DNA of 64,000 bases from Escherichia phage UPEC01: sequence record MW233709; one strand, written 5' to 3'. The notes under the pieces were generated by a model. That model did not search any database. It had not been told where the DNA came from and was given only the letters and a program-made list of their open reading frames with translations. A program made the position numbers and the translations under genes. The number at the start of each line of letters is the position of its first letter. Positions within the stretch are counted from its first letter, which is position 1. Positions 29,214 to 41,341 of this stretch are shown here, piece after piece.

Positions 29214-30494
29214 TTACGCCTCATAAATGATTGGCGGAAGTTTAACACCGAGCAGATAAGACATATTGCTCTGACCGGCCATTAAATCCATATTGGTTGC
29301 ATCGATAATACGAGCTTCTTTATCGTCTTTAGCAACGGTGTAAGGGTTAGCTGAAAGTGCATAACGAACCATCAAAGAGATAGCTGGTTGCAAACTGTCA
29401 GGGTCCACAATGACTTTAAACGCGCCTACATGCTCTTCATCATCTAAGTCCAGGCCTTCGGTATAAGGAGCATAGAAGATTGAGCCTACGACTTCGTTTC
29501 CGCCGTAATTTTCTTTAACGCCAACGGTTACATAATCCAATGGACTGTTAACATCACAGAATACAGGAAGACCATTAATCAAATAACCGTACGCTGTTTC
29601 AGGAAGCCACTGTTCGTCTTCAGGTTTATGCTTCAGCCAGCCAGAACCGGCCAACATAGCAGCAACACGGCTGGAGGCAACAACAAAGGTACCGGAATAA
29701 GATGTAGTTTTCTGAATTTCGGAGTTCATTTCGCAAACCAGTTCGTACAGTTTACGTGCGCCTTCTGGAGCTGCATCATATGTTAAATCGATGGTGCCAT
29801 TGTCAGAAACACCAGTTACTTTATAACGCTTGGAAACGGTAATAAGAGACTGAAGAACATCTTTGTTAATTTCATCTGCCATAATAGTAGCAAGCAGGTC
29901 TTCCAGGAAAGCAGGAGCATTAAAGCCATTTGCTTCCATATCCTGAGCAAGCTCAACAGTTAATGCAGTTTTCAATTTACGGGATTTAACAGGAGCATTC
30001 CATTTATTAACCTGGAATACAGCGTTACTAATTTCAACATCACCGGCTTCAAATTTCTCGGTGTGCGCTGCATCAGGAACCAAACGAATGGTTAATGCAA
30101 TAAGACCTTCTTGCAGAACATCTGATAATACAGTTTCGGTAGTCGATGCAAATGGATTATCAACCAGAGCTTTGTAAACGATATTTTGGTATTTTACATA
30201 TTCGCCTTTAGCAACAGGCTGAGTGGCTGTAGTTAATTCTGGAATAGTTGTACGGTCTTTAGAACCGACTTCGCCTCCATAAGTAGCGCCCGTCTGGAAA
30301 CTGAATTCATTATCAGGAGTAAGATATTTAACACCATACAGTGCAGCAACAGGCTGGTTAGTACGTTGTTCAGCGATGATATCGCGGTAAATCAATTTAG
30401 TCGTAGCGCGGGTCAAAGCAACAAGATTCGGGCGGCCCAATGAGTTGCTGGTAGTAATAGTTGACTCGCGCAGTAATTTGTTAATCTTTGCCAT
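29214..30494 (-). CDS. 24: head vertex protein gp24
   Basis: 426 aa; MAKINKLLRESTITTSNSLGRPNLVALTRATTKLIY... closely matches recalled T4 gp24; late promoter at 30521-30528. Confidence 0.9.
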   Translation of the reverse strand: MAKINKLLRESTITTSNSLGRPNLVALTRATTKLIYRDIIAEQRTNQPVAALYGVKYLTPDNEFSFQTGATYGGEVGSKDRTTIPELTTATQPVAKGEYVKYQNIVYKALVDNPFASTTETVLSDVLQEGLIALTIRLVPDAAHTEKFEAGDVEISNAVFQVNKWNAPVKSRKLKTALTVELAQDMEANGFNAPAFLEDLLATIMADEINKDVLQSLITVSKRYKVTGVSDNGTIDLTYDAAPEGARKLYELVCEMNSEIQKTTSYSGTFVVASSRVAAMLAGSGWLKHKPEDEQWLPETAYGYLINGLPVFCDVNSPLDYVTVGVKENYGGNEVVGSIFYAPYTEGLDLDDEEHVGAFKVIVDPDSLQPAISLMVRYALSANPYTVAKDDKEARIIDATNMDLMAGQSNMSYLLGVKLPPIIYEA

Positions 30495-30520
30495 TTGCGC
30501 TTTCCTTTTGTGATATACTT

Positions 30521-30528
30521 TATTTATA
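30521..30528 (-). promoter_or_regulatory. late promoter upstream of gene 24
   Basis: TATAAATA on - strand 27 nt upstream of gp24 ATG. Confidence 0.6.
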
Positions 30529-30534
30529 AAAGTT

Positions 30535-30564
30535 GTTTACAACCAGATTAAGATAAGACATAAT
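30535..30564 (+). promoter_or_regulatory. early promoter with conserved leader
   Basis: GTTTAC 30535-30540, 18-nt spacer, CATAAT 30559-30564; leader matches copy at 6328. Confidence 0.55.
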
Positions 30565-30605
30565 GATTCCATACTGAGTTAACAAACAAAACCTGGAGTT
30601 TAAAA

Positions 30606-30887
30606 ATGAACAAAGCAACTTTCCTTCTGAACACCTTTAAAAAATTGGAAATTGAAGTTATTGCATTGGTCAACAAATACCCAAATGGCGTTAATGGTAA
30701 TGCTCTGAACAAACTAGTTAAAAAATATGAAAACTTAGCATATGACACTGATTTCTGGTGGAATGGTAATTATTCTACTCACACTAAAGATAAAAATGGT
30801 AACTGGTTGAAACTTCAAGAAAACAATGTTAACTTCAGAGACCTCATCAAGCGCCGGGTAGAAGTTCATTTAAATGGTATGGTATGA
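30606..30887 (+). CDS. hypothetical early protein inserted between genes 24 and 23
   Basis: 93-aa ORF on opposite strand to the capsid operon; own early promoter 30535-30564, SD GGAG, bidirectional terminator 30895-30921. Confidence 0.55.
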   Translation: MNKATFLLNTFKKLEIEVIALVNKYPNGVNGNALNKLVKKYENLAYDTDFWWNGNYSTHTKDKNGNWLKLQENNVNFRDLIKRRVEVHLNGMV

Positions 30888-30894
30888 AAACAAG

Positions 30895-30921
30895 AAAGGG
30901 ACCTCAAGGGTCCCTTTTTAT
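30895..30921. terminator. bidirectional intrinsic terminator (ORF 30606 + / gene 23 -)
   Basis: AAA-GGGACC-TCAAG-GGTCCC-TTTTTATTT. Confidence 0.65.
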
Positions 30922-30937
30922 TTAACTTAATCTAAGA

Positions 30938-32497
30938 TTAAATTCCTTTAACATATACGCGGCGGAAGTAACCGTTCAAGCCGAGGCTGTTAACGATGTC
31001 CGGCATGCCGTTTTGAATACGCTTGGTCGGAGCCTGAGCTGTCGGGTCAGCGAACGGGTTAATACCGATACCGTAACGGGTTTTGAAGCCCATAACCGGC
31101 TGGAAGTTTTTCGGGTCAGAGCCACGCAGCGGAGTCAGTGCAACATATGGTGCATAGTAGATACCAGCATCCATTTCGTTAGCGCCTTTGTAACCGATGG
31201 TGAAGTAGTCTGCACGAGCATACTGGTCGATATAGACACGGTATTTGCCACCCAGAACACCAGCGAACACAGCTTTAGTGGTGTCAACGTTGAAACCTTT
31301 ACCCAGACCCTGAGCAGCATAAGATACGGAGGTATCAACTGCAGCCAGTACGTTAACTACGTTACGGGAAGCGATGATGAAGTTACCTGCACCACGGCCA
31401 GTCTGACGAGCGATTTCAGCAGCTTCTTTGTCAATCTGGAACAGTAAAGCTTTGAAGCTTTCACCAGCCCAACGAGCACCACGGATATCAATCGGGTCCT
31501 GGAAGTCAAACACACCAGCTTTAGCGCCAACGGTGTTGGTCATACCAGATTTACCAACCTGAGCGGAGTAGTTAATCCAATCGATAACTTCGCGGTTGAT
31601 TTCCAGCATAATTTCGGTAGCCAGAATACCACTCAATTCAGCATCAGCATCCATACCGTGGACAGCGCGGAGGTCCTGCGCCAGTTCGATAGAGTAGCTT
31701 GCTTTAAGCTGACGGGATTTAGCTTCGATAACTTGTTTGTCGATGCGGAAGCCCATTTCGTTCCACGGGTTATCAGTAGAACCGTTAAAGCCTTCCTGCA
31801 ATTCGGCGATAGAGGTAGCCATACCTTCAGCGATTTCTGCCAGCTTACCAGCTTCGAGCAGTTTGGTAACTTCAGCGTCAAGTTTAGCAGCATCAGTAGC
31901 GGCGGCATCGACGGTTACAGCTTCAACAGCCTGGTAGTGCGCAGAACCGGTTGCTTCGAAGAAGTGTGAATAAATTTTACCAACGGTAAGAACTTTGCTT
32001 GCAGCCAGAGCTTCGAAAGCTTCAGCAGCGCCCTGACCAGAGAACATAGCGTTCGGAGCATACATCGGGTGGAAAGCTTCTTTAGCACCAGCAGCTACAG
32101 GGTCTTTACCGTAAACTGCACGCAGGGCAAATACCTGGCCAGTCGGGTTGTTCAGAGGCTGTACGCCACAAATATCAAACGCAATCAGATGCGGGATAGC
32201 ACGACGAACCATACCCATAACTGCCGGCCCAATCTGAGTTACTGCGCCAGAGGTCTGGCCAGCAGCGATATTGGTAGCATCATAACCATGGTCACCACCG
32301 ATTTCAGCTTCGGTCAGGAAAGAACCAAATGCTTCGGAGATTTTTTCGTCACGGTATTCAGGAGCGGTCAGAATATCTTGTTCCTGGTTTTCAAAGATTT
32401 TAGCGATGATAGCTTGTTTAGAAGCACCAACGATTTCCGGAAGAGCTTCGTTTTCCAGCAGAGCGGACCATTTTTGAACTAATGCATTCTTTTTCAT
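30938..32497 (-). CDS. 23: major capsid protein gp23
   Basis: 519 aa; long identical stretches to recalled T4 gp23 (e.g. AIIAKIFENQE, GGDHGY.ATNIAAGQTSGAVTQIGPAVMGMVRRAIP, NFQPVMGFKTRYGIGINPFA). Confidence 0.95.
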   Translation of the reverse strand: MKKNALVQKWSALLENEALPEIVGASKQAIIAKIFENQEQDILTAPEYRDEKISEAFGSFLTEAEIGGDHGYDATNIAAGQTSGAVTQIGPAVMGMVRRAIPHLIAFDICGVQPLNNPTGQVFALRAVYGKDPVAAGAKEAFHPMYAPNAMFSGQGAAEAFEALAASKVLTVGKIYSHFFEATGSAHYQAVEAVTVDAAATDAAKLDAEVTKLLEAGKLAEIAEGMATSIAELQEGFNGSTDNPWNEMGFRIDKQVIEAKSRQLKASYSIELAQDLRAVHGMDADAELSGILATEIMLEINREVIDWINYSAQVGKSGMTNTVGAKAGVFDFQDPIDIRGARWAGESFKALLFQIDKEAAEIARQTGRGAGNFIIASRNVVNVLAAVDTSVSYAAQGLGKGFNVDTTKAVFAGVLGGKYRVYIDQYARADYFTIGYKGANEMDAGIYYAPYVALTPLRGSDPKNFQPVMGFKTRYGIGINPFADPTAQAPTKRIQNGMPDIVNSLGLNGYFRRVYVKGI

Positions 32498-32518
32498 GTG
32501 TTGTATAACCTTATTAAA

Positions 32519-33337
32519 TTAAGAAATTCGTGATGCTGCGAGAGCAGACAAGTCCGCGAAGGACAGGGTAGGCTTGGCGCCTTTTTCTTCAACTGCTTCT
32601 GAAATGTAATTCAGTGCCGCAGCATCGTCTACATTTTTATTTATAGCGGCTTCGGTGATTGGTTTGTCGGTGGGTTCTACCTGACCTTTAACCATTTCAA
32701 CGATAGCGCCAATTTTGGTACCGAATGCATCAGAGTATTCCATGCCTTCTACCAGAGAACCAACTTTTTCTTTTTGGGATTCAGTCAGGTCTTTAGTTGC
32801 TTCAGTCAACGCAACTTCACGTTGGACATAATTGATATAAGCATCACGCTTAGAAACTTCTTCGAACAGGTTAGCGGTTTCTTCTTTCTGTTCAGCCAGT
32901 TCTTCCTGCATTTCTGCAACAACATCGACAGATTCTTCTGGAACAACAACGTTGTGCTCAACGAACAGTTCTTTCATGCCGGTGAACATGGATTCGAACA
33001 GGTCAGCTTTAATGCCACGGTCGACAGCCAGTTTATTTTCAGCGAGCCATTCTTTAGCAACGTGGTCCAGGAATTTAGCTGCAGATTCTTTCAGTTTTTT
33101 CTCTGCTTTTTCGTCGGCTTCTTCTTTATTCTTTTCGACTTCTTCTTCAGCTTTTTCAGCGATGGCGTGAATGTGAGATTCTGCCAGTTTGATGGCGTGT
33201 TGCTTGACGGTAGCTTCGAATACAGTGCCGAAGGTAGCTTTCGCTTCCGGGGACAAATTAACTGATTCGAAAATACTATCGAGAGCAACGGAAGCATCGA
33301 TATTCTGAGCTTCAGAAATGAGTTGTTCTTTAAGCAT
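32519..33337 (-). CDS. 22: prohead core scaffold protein gp22
   Basis: 272 aa, highly charged helical; position between 21 and 23. Confidence 0.85.
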   Translation of the reverse strand: MLKEQLISEAQNIDASVALDSIFESVNLSPEAKATFGTVFEATVKQHAIKLAESHIHAIAEKAEEEVEKNKEEADEKAEKKLKESAAKFLDHVAKEWLAENKLAVDRGIKADLFESMFTGMKELFVEHNVVVPEESVDVVAEMQEELAEQKEETANLFEEVSKRDAYINYVQREVALTEATKDLTESQKEKVGSLVEGMEYSDAFGTKIGAIVEMVKGQVEPTDKPITEAAINKNVDDAAALNYISEAVEEKGAKPTLSFADLSALAASRIS

Positions 33338-33366
33338 TTTGTAGTCCTGTTGTTAAGATATACATT

Positions 33367-33374
33367 TATTTATA
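33367..33374 (-). promoter_or_regulatory. late promoter upstream of gene 22
   Basis: TATAAATA on - strand 30 nt upstream of gp22 ATG. Confidence 0.6.
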
Positions 33375-34008
33375 ACGTCTTTAAAGCCTCTGCGAGAGCC
33401 ATAAAGGCGTCGTCGGCACTTGTATCGGCTTCCGCCGTTTGTGATTCTGTAATCTGCTTTGGTTTGACCCAAGCGTCCGGAGCACTTGGCCCCCATACTG
33501 CATCTACTCCAACCGTCAATTTAAAACCTTCATTGACGATGTTATAACCTTTTGCTGATTTAGTCAGGGAACCGAGCCCACGACTAGATACACCAGGAAT
33601 CCAACCCGCTCTTATATTCGCAGCAAGTTTATCACCTGGGCCATGGTCGCCTTCGATAATACGCGCGCGGCCATATACATCATTCCCTTTCCACCACATT
33701 TCCTCGATAATAATTGCCGCCTGCATAGGGTCAACGTTTGCACGAGGTGGATGGTTTAATTCTCCAAGAGACTGCTTGGTTTCAACCTGTTCGGCGATAT
33801 AGTCCGCAACGGCTTTTTCCAAAATATGTTTAGGATAAAGTCGTTTATTACGGTTAACAACTTCAGCTTGTAGGAAAATACCTTCAATATAAAGTCCTGG
33901 CTTTAAACCGCTGCTGGAACCATCATGAGATTCCAACATCGGTACACCATCTTTAATTTCGCCCGGTTGACCCCAGTGTTCGATTAGTAACTCTGGTTTC
34001 TGTTCCAT
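33370..34008 (-). CDS. 21: prohead protease gp21
   Basis: 212 aa; GELNHPPRANVDPMQAAIIIE.MWWKGNDVYGRAR.IEGDHGPGDKLAANIRAGWIPGVSSRGLGS matches recalled T4 gp21. Confidence 0.9.
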   Translation of the reverse strand: MEQKPELLIEHWGQPGEIKDGVPMLESHDGSSSGLKPGLYIEGIFLQAEVVNRNKRLYPKHILEKAVADYIAEQVETKQSLGELNHPPRANVDPMQAAIIIEEMWWKGNDVYGRARIIEGDHGPGDKLAANIRAGWIPGVSSRGLGSLTKSAKGYNIVNEGFKLTVGVDAVWGPSAPDAWVKPKQITESQTAEADTSADDAFMALAEALKTL

Positions 34009-34436
34009 TAATCAAGTCCGAATGCTTTACGCTTAGCTCGAGCTTTTTTGCGCTTGCGCTCTGCTCTGATTTGCGTAGATGGGTTTGCTCTTTTCGTTTT
34101 AGTAGCCAGACGGGCAATTTGACGACGTTTAGCTTTAGAAAGACCAGTTGTTTGGAAAGCATTACGCTTACGAGTAGCTAGGTCTTTTGTGCGGGTTAAC
34201 TCACCGCGAGACGATACATGTTTAACGATAAATTCGTTAAGCTGAACACCTTCATTCAGAGCGCCGATAACCGTTGCTTTTTCATATTCACCGGCTGCAA
34301 ACATGTTTTCTACAATAATATTTATATCGTCTTTTTCTAAGGCTTCAGATAATGAATCAAATTGTCCCTGAGCTTCTTCGGAAACACTTTCGATGTTTTC
34401 AAGAGTTAATTCGTAATCATCAGGGATAATAAACAT
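34008..34436 (-). CDS. 68: prohead core protein gp68
   Basis: 142 aa; position between 67 and 21 as in T4. Confidence 0.7.
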   Translation of the reverse strand: MFIIPDDYELTLENIESVSEEAQGQFDSLSEALEKDDINIIVENMFAAGEYEKATVIGALNEGVQLNEFIVKHVSSRGELTRTKDLATRKRNAFQTTGLSKAKRRQIARLATKTKRANPSTQIRAERKRKKARAKRKAFGLD

Positions 34437-34693
34437 TATTCATCGTCCTCATCTTCATCGTCGTCGCCTTCATCTGCGTCGTCAGATTCTTTTTTGTCTT
34501 TCTTTTCTGCTTTGGCGTCGTCCTTGCCTTCATCATCTTCTTTAGGCTCTTCACCTTCAATCATGATGGAACGTGCAATTTCAATCTTACGTTCTTCAAT
34601 CAAACTACCGCATACTGGGCCAATGTTTTCAGCAAAATATTTGCGAACGGCTACGAGGTCGTTTGATTTAATGGCTTCAAATAAATCATCCAT
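34436..34693 (-). CDS. 67: prohead core protein gp67
   Basis: 85 aa with strongly acidic C-terminus; position after gene 20. Confidence 0.7.
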   Translation of the reverse strand: MDDLFEAIKSNDLVAVRKYFAENIGPVCGSLIEERKIEIARSIMIEGEEPKEDDEGKDDAKAEKKDKKESDDADEGDDDEDEDDE

Positions 34694-36267
34694 TAGAAAT
34701 CCTCTTCTTCTTCTTCAGGGTTTTGGAAACGAGCCTCTTTGGACTCCAATTCAATTTGCTTAGCTTCTTGATTAATTTCTTCATCAGACATCTGGAGGAA
34801 GTCCTTCATAGCCGTTTGATGCGAAATATATTTACCGATAAACGGTTCAGCCATCGTTAGCATATTGATTCTGCGTTCCATGATTTCTGCATCTTTCATT
34901 TCAGTGAAATAGCTATCACGGTTGAACGTAACTTTAATATTATTTAGTTCCTTGTCCCATTCCTCTTCTGAAATAACTTTTTTCAGGATAAGGTTGGTTT
35001 TAAGCGGGTCGAGGAAAACTTCTTCAAATTTATTCTGTAACTGTCTAATCCATTTAGAGAAATTCAATTCATCGCGAGTAATTGTCGCCCCCGCATCAAA
35101 CATAACGCCGCTGTTCTGGTCATTAGGGATACGAGATAATGGAATTCTGAGAGCCTGATATAGGTTGTTCTTAAACCAGCGAACATCGTCCATATCCGAC
35201 ATGCCTTGTGCACCTGGGAGAGTATCAACTTCGGTGACTGCTTTACCGTCACGACGTTGCAACCAATAGTCTTCTGTCATTGACATATTGTGCTGTTGGT
35301 TTTTGATTTTACCCGTAGTTGCATCATATACGACACGGTTTTTCATCGTGTTCATAATATGTTGCATATGTGCTGCTGCTTTACGAGACGGCATATTCCC
35401 AGTATCGATATAAAAGACTCGGCGGTCTGGAGCACGAGTTATACGATAAATGACTAAAGCATCTTCTAATAGTTTTAATTGGTTTGCAGGTTTGATTGCT
35501 CGTTGCAGGTATCCGATGATATTCTTACCGCAACAATCAAGTAATCCGGAATGCGCATATACAATTGCCGCACGAGGAATTTTTATTTTAGTACCCGCTT
35601 CATATATACGACCATCGGCACAATAACTTTCATGACCTGTATCGTATACAAAATATTCTCTGTAACCGTCAACAATTTTCGTACCATTTTCCATGCGTGT
35701 AACGATTTCACGGATGAACTGGATTTGTCTTGGGTCAAGGCGACGAAGTTCTTGAACACCTTCTTTAAGTTTTGAAGGGTTGATAATTTTGTGGAAGAAA
35801 ATTCGAGAATCCACATACCAACGTTTAAAGTGGTCAGAACCTTTACGCTCGAAATTAAGGAGGTTATTAACTTCCGAGAATTCTTCGAGAATTCGGTCTT
35901 TAATTTTCTGACTAAATTCAGTAGCATCAAGGTTAAGAGCTACAACATCTTTGCCGTCTTCAAATACGATGGCATCAGATACAATCTCTTGAACCGCGTT
36001 ATCAACTTCATAATTATTTAGTAGGTTACGGTATGTGTCAATTAATTCCCTGGTGTTTTTTACTTCCGGTTCGTTGCTCCCGAACATCTGTTGCATCAAT
36101 GCATTATACGGGACGTTTTGTTCTTGTGACTCAATTTCGCGAGCCCCATCATCAAACTTCGGCCCGGTCATTGACTCTAAATTATTTTTTTCTTGTTGCT
36201 TATATTCTTGTTCATCTTCTTTAGCCCAAGGCTTAAGAAAATTTAGTATTGTATTAAAACCTGCCAT
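34693..36267 (-). CDS. 20: portal vertex protein gp20
   Basis: 524 aa; extended near-identity to recalled T4 gp20 (e.g. [43 protein letters not shown]). Confidence 0.95.
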   Translation of the reverse strand: MAGFNTILNFLKPWAKEDEQEYKQQEKNNLESMTGPKFDDGAREIESQEQNVPYNALMQQMFGSNEPEVKNTRELIDTYRNLLNNYEVDNAVQEIVSDAIVFEDGKDVVALNLDATEFSQKIKDRILEEFSEVNNLLNFERKGSDHFKRWYVDSRIFFHKIINPSKLKEGVQELRRLDPRQIQFIREIVTRMENGTKIVDGYREYFVYDTGHESYCADGRIYEAGTKIKIPRAAIVYAHSGLLDCCGKNIIGYLQRAIKPANQLKLLEDALVIYRITRAPDRRVFYIDTGNMPSRKAAAHMQHIMNTMKNRVVYDATTGKIKNQQHNMSMTEDYWLQRRDGKAVTEVDTLPGAQGMSDMDDVRWFKNNLYQALRIPLSRIPNDQNSGVMFDAGATITRDELNFSKWIRQLQNKFEEVFLDPLKTNLILKKVISEEEWDKELNNIKVTFNRDSYFTEMKDAEIMERRINMLTMAEPFIGKYISHQTAMKDFLQMSDEEINQEAKQIELESKEARFQNPEEEEEDF

Positions 36268-36315
36268 TAGAGTCTCCGAAGTTTGGGAAATGAGGCCGAA
36301 GCCTCATAATAACTT

Positions 36316-36323
36316 TATTTATA
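36316..36323 (-). promoter_or_regulatory. late promoter upstream of gene 20
   Basis: TATAAATA on - strand between gene 19 stop and gene 20 start; hairpin ATGAGGC-CGAA-GCCTCAT lies in the leader. Confidence 0.55.
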
Positions 36324-36324
36324 C

Positions 36325-36816
36325 TTATTCCCACCAGTCAATAGCAAACGTTGTTTCAAACGTCTCAATCTCATTATTACTGTCCCAATCCATCTGGACT
36401 TCCCCAACGTTAGTTGGCCACATGCCGGTAATAACAACTTCTTTAGTAACGGTCTTGCCATCACGATGGAACTGGCGGACAGTAGCGGTTTTCTTATAAT
36501 CAGCAGGAGCTGCACCGGTAATTTCGTTGGTCATACCGTGACACATATTTTGCCAATCAACAATTGCTTGACGAACTTTATGAGCATCGTCGTTATAAAT
36601 CGTAATAGTCCAGTCATCAAATGTACGGTCTCCCGCAACGTTGATTTTACGGTTCATGTAACCAACTGGTACTTTTTCTACAATGCCTGCTGGCATCGGG
36701 GCTGCTTTACAATGGAAAGCAAAGTTTTTACCCAGGAATGGGATTTCGACTTCGAACAGGTTAGGGCGAGCAAAGTCACCGGATTCGAAAGCGCGTGTGA
36801 TATCGGTCAACTCCAT
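36325..36816 (-). CDS. 19: tail tube protein gp19
   Basis: 163 aa from ATG 36816 (SD GAGGA, late promoter 36869-36876); TRAFESGDFARPNLF... matches recalled T4 gp19; track start 36867 rejected. Confidence 0.9.
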   Translation of the reverse strand: MELTDITRAFESGDFARPNLFEVEIPFLGKNFAFHCKAAPMPAGIVEKVPVGYMNRKINVAGDRTFDDWTITIYNDDAHKVRQAIVDWQNMCHGMTNEITGAAPADYKKTATVRQFHRDGKTVTKEVVITGMWPTNVGEVQMDWDSNNEIETFETTFAIDWWE

Positions 36817-36868
36817 TAAGGAATCCTCTTTATAGACACAGGTCGCGCGTACGCGTCCCTGATGCATG

Positions 36869-36876
36869 TATTTATA
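36869..36876 (-). promoter_or_regulatory. late promoter upstream of gene 19
   Basis: TATAAATA on - strand about 53 nt upstream of gp19 ATG. Confidence 0.6.
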
Positions 36877-36934
36877 CTAGGTAATATGATTCATCATCTC
36901 AAGATAATGGCTTCCTAGAATCAACCACAGGAGC

Positions 36935-36985
36935 CCGTAGAACCGATTATGCTTTTATTTATAACACTGTATAATGGTTCTACGG
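36935..36985 (+). promoter_or_regulatory. orphan middle-type promoter cassette inside 10-bp inverted repeat (antisense to genes 18/19)
   Basis: aTGCTTTTA 36949-36957, TATAAT 36970-36975, GGTTCTACGG; enclosed by CCGTAGAACC 36935-36944 / GGTTCTACGG 36976-36985; a - strand TATAAATA (36956-36963) overlaps. Confidence 0.45.
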
Positions 36986-37021
36986 TTTTACTGCTAATTA
37001 ATTCTTTCTAAGCGATGATAA

Positions 37022-39001
37022 TTATTGTGGCCCAATCAGCTCATCAAAATCAGCACCAGTGCTTGTGGCTACGAAATTAAGCGTGATGTAGTTGATGCTG
37101 CGCGCAGGTTTAAAATAAATGCTAGCAACAAACTCATTTCGGTCTATGACCGACGGGGTGTTGTTAGTAGTATCACAAACCACACGACCTTCATAAATGC
37201 CACCGAGTGCACGAATACCATCCAAGTATTGAGAAGTTTCCATACGGAATGATGCACGAGTGAAGTTATCGTTAAGCTCAAACAGTTTATATTTGGATGC
37301 GTCACCGATATTTTTCTTCAGCATATTCGTAAGACGGCGAACGTTAATATGGTCCATCGGAGATGGAACTTTAGTTGCAGTCTTATCACCATACAGAACA
37401 AAACCATCACCACCTGCGAAACCAACAACCGGGTTGATAGCTTCTTGATACATGCGGTCACGCTGGGTCTGACGAGGTTCAACAGCCAATTTCAGAACAT
37501 TCAGAATCTGACCACGGTTATAACCAGCCGGAGACATCCAAGGCTGAGAAACATCATCAGTACGAGCACACAGTCCAGCCATATCAGCTGCCAGAGGAAC
37601 CCAACGGTTAACGTCGTTATATTTATCATACTGATATTTATAGTTGCCATCAATCGCTGCATAAGTCGTGCTGATATTCATGTTATCAGTATCAAATGCG
37701 CCAGCACCTGTACGCCAGTCAATCAGGTTATCCACTGCACGGGTCAGAGGAACGTTAACCAACAGACCTTTCGGCGGGGAAATGAATGCCAAGCAATCCT
37801 GACGTTCGTCAGCAATAGAAACCACGTGCTTCTGAACAGTGGAAGCGGTCGCATCACCTTCACCAGCACAAGCACCAGCGATAAGCAGGTTGATATGCAG
37901 AGCTTCACGGTCAGCGAACAGGTCCCAACCTTGCATCAAATCACCAGCGGTAATCTTATCGTTTGCAGAAATACCACCAGACAGATTGATGATACCACTG
38001 AAGCCTACAGGCCAGTTGCGAGATGTTGCATAGATGTAGTTGGAAGTACCTTTTGCAAAGTAGTCATCCAGGTAAATGTTATTACCATAAACATCTTTTT
38101 CGCCCTGCTTAGTAGACAAAACAACGTTTTCGACGATTGCACCATCGCGGCGAACGATAATTGCATATTGGTTTTCGGTCTGAGGACCATAGTTAAACAC
38201 TGCACGAGCTATAGAAGCGCGGGAACCACCACCGGGGAAAATATCCAGATTTGCAGTTGCGCCTTTTTCAAATTCAGCTTTGGATACGATTTCAACTTCA
38301 AGAGTCGAACCAATTTCACCAGGATAAAGAGCAACAACACCCGGCATTGCATATTTTGCCAATGATGCCTGGAATTCCAGAGAAGTAATTGCTTCTTCAC
38401 TGTTTTCTGCTTCAGTCAACAGAATGCCAGAATCGGTAACAATTTTCCCGACAGTGATGGTACCAGATACACCGGAAGAAGTGGTCGTAACTTCTGCAGT
38501 CCATGCACTGCCCAAATTAGGATACTGATTAATAGTTTTAGCAAATGCAATAATCTTATTGGTAGGAATAAAGATTGCCAGAATTTTACCATCAACATCG
38601 ACCTTGGTCACACGGCCAGCCGGTTCAACAACAGTCTGGTTGTGTTTAACTTGAATAACATCACCGACAGCATAGTTTGTACCAGCAGTTACGATGGTAG
38701 TTTCAATATTGCCAGCAATAGGGGATGCGTTTTTAGCTTCGTCACGGTTAACAACACGTACAGTACGGAGGTCGTTACCATATTGCAGGAAGTTCATCCC
38801 ACTCATAAAGTAATCTGCTGTTTCATTATTCGGACCACCAAACAAATCAACAAGTTCAACTTCGTTTGTAATCTGAGTTACCTGGAAAGCTGGGCCCCAC
38901 TGGAATTTACCAACCAGCGCCGCACGACCCGTCGCGTTACGAACAACAGTGCTTTGGACCGTTGTTTCTTTGAGCTCAATGCCCGGAGATAATAAAGCCA
39001 T
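37022..39001 (-). CDS. 18: tail sheath protein gp18
   Basis: 659 aa; LLSPGIELKETTVQSTVV N-terminus and size match T4 gp18; late promoter 39031-39038. Confidence 0.95.
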   Translation of the reverse strand: MALLSPGIELKETTVQSTVVRNATGRAALVGKFQWGPAFQVTQITNEVELVDLFGGPNNETADYFMSGMNFLQYGNDLRTVRVVNRDEAKNASPIAGNIETTIVTAGTNYAVGDVIQVKHNQTVVEPAGRVTKVDVDGKILAIFIPTNKIIAFAKTINQYPNLGSAWTAEVTTTSSGVSGTITVGKIVTDSGILLTEAENSEEAITSLEFQASLAKYAMPGVVALYPGEIGSTLEVEIVSKAEFEKGATANLDIFPGGGSRASIARAVFNYGPQTENQYAIIVRRDGAIVENVVLSTKQGEKDVYGNNIYLDDYFAKGTSNYIYATSRNWPVGFSGIINLSGGISANDKITAGDLMQGWDLFADREALHINLLIAGACAGEGDATASTVQKHVVSIADERQDCLAFISPPKGLLVNVPLTRAVDNLIDWRTGAGAFDTDNMNISTTYAAIDGNYKYQYDKYNDVNRWVPLAADMAGLCARTDDVSQPWMSPAGYNRGQILNVLKLAVEPRQTQRDRMYQEAINPVVGFAGGDGFVLYGDKTATKVPSPMDHINVRRLTNMLKKNIGDASKYKLFELNDNFTRASFRMETSQYLDGIRALGGIYEGRVVCDTTNNTPSVIDRNEFVASIYFKPARSINYITLNFVATSTGADFDELIGPQ

Positions 39002-39030
39002 TTTGAGTCCTCTAATAGTTTGCTTTACTT

Positions 39031-41337
<2,307 letters not shown>

Positions 41338-41341
<4 letters not shown>

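Noticed and set aside
32498-32530. No exact TATAAATA directly upstream of major capsid gene 23
   Set aside because: Not treated as an anomaly: read-through from the gene 22 late promoter (33367-33374), or a one-mismatch late promoter, is plausible; needs transcript mapping.
37349-38365. 338-aa ORF on the + strand inside gene 18 (and many other 60-200-aa ORFs antisense to large structural genes, e.g. 11391-12035, 16631-17035, 32774-33265, 36035-36499)
   Set aside because: They lie entirely antisense to strongly supported genes, lack ribosome-binding sites and promoters, and have low-complexity composition typical of the reverse frame of coding sequence.
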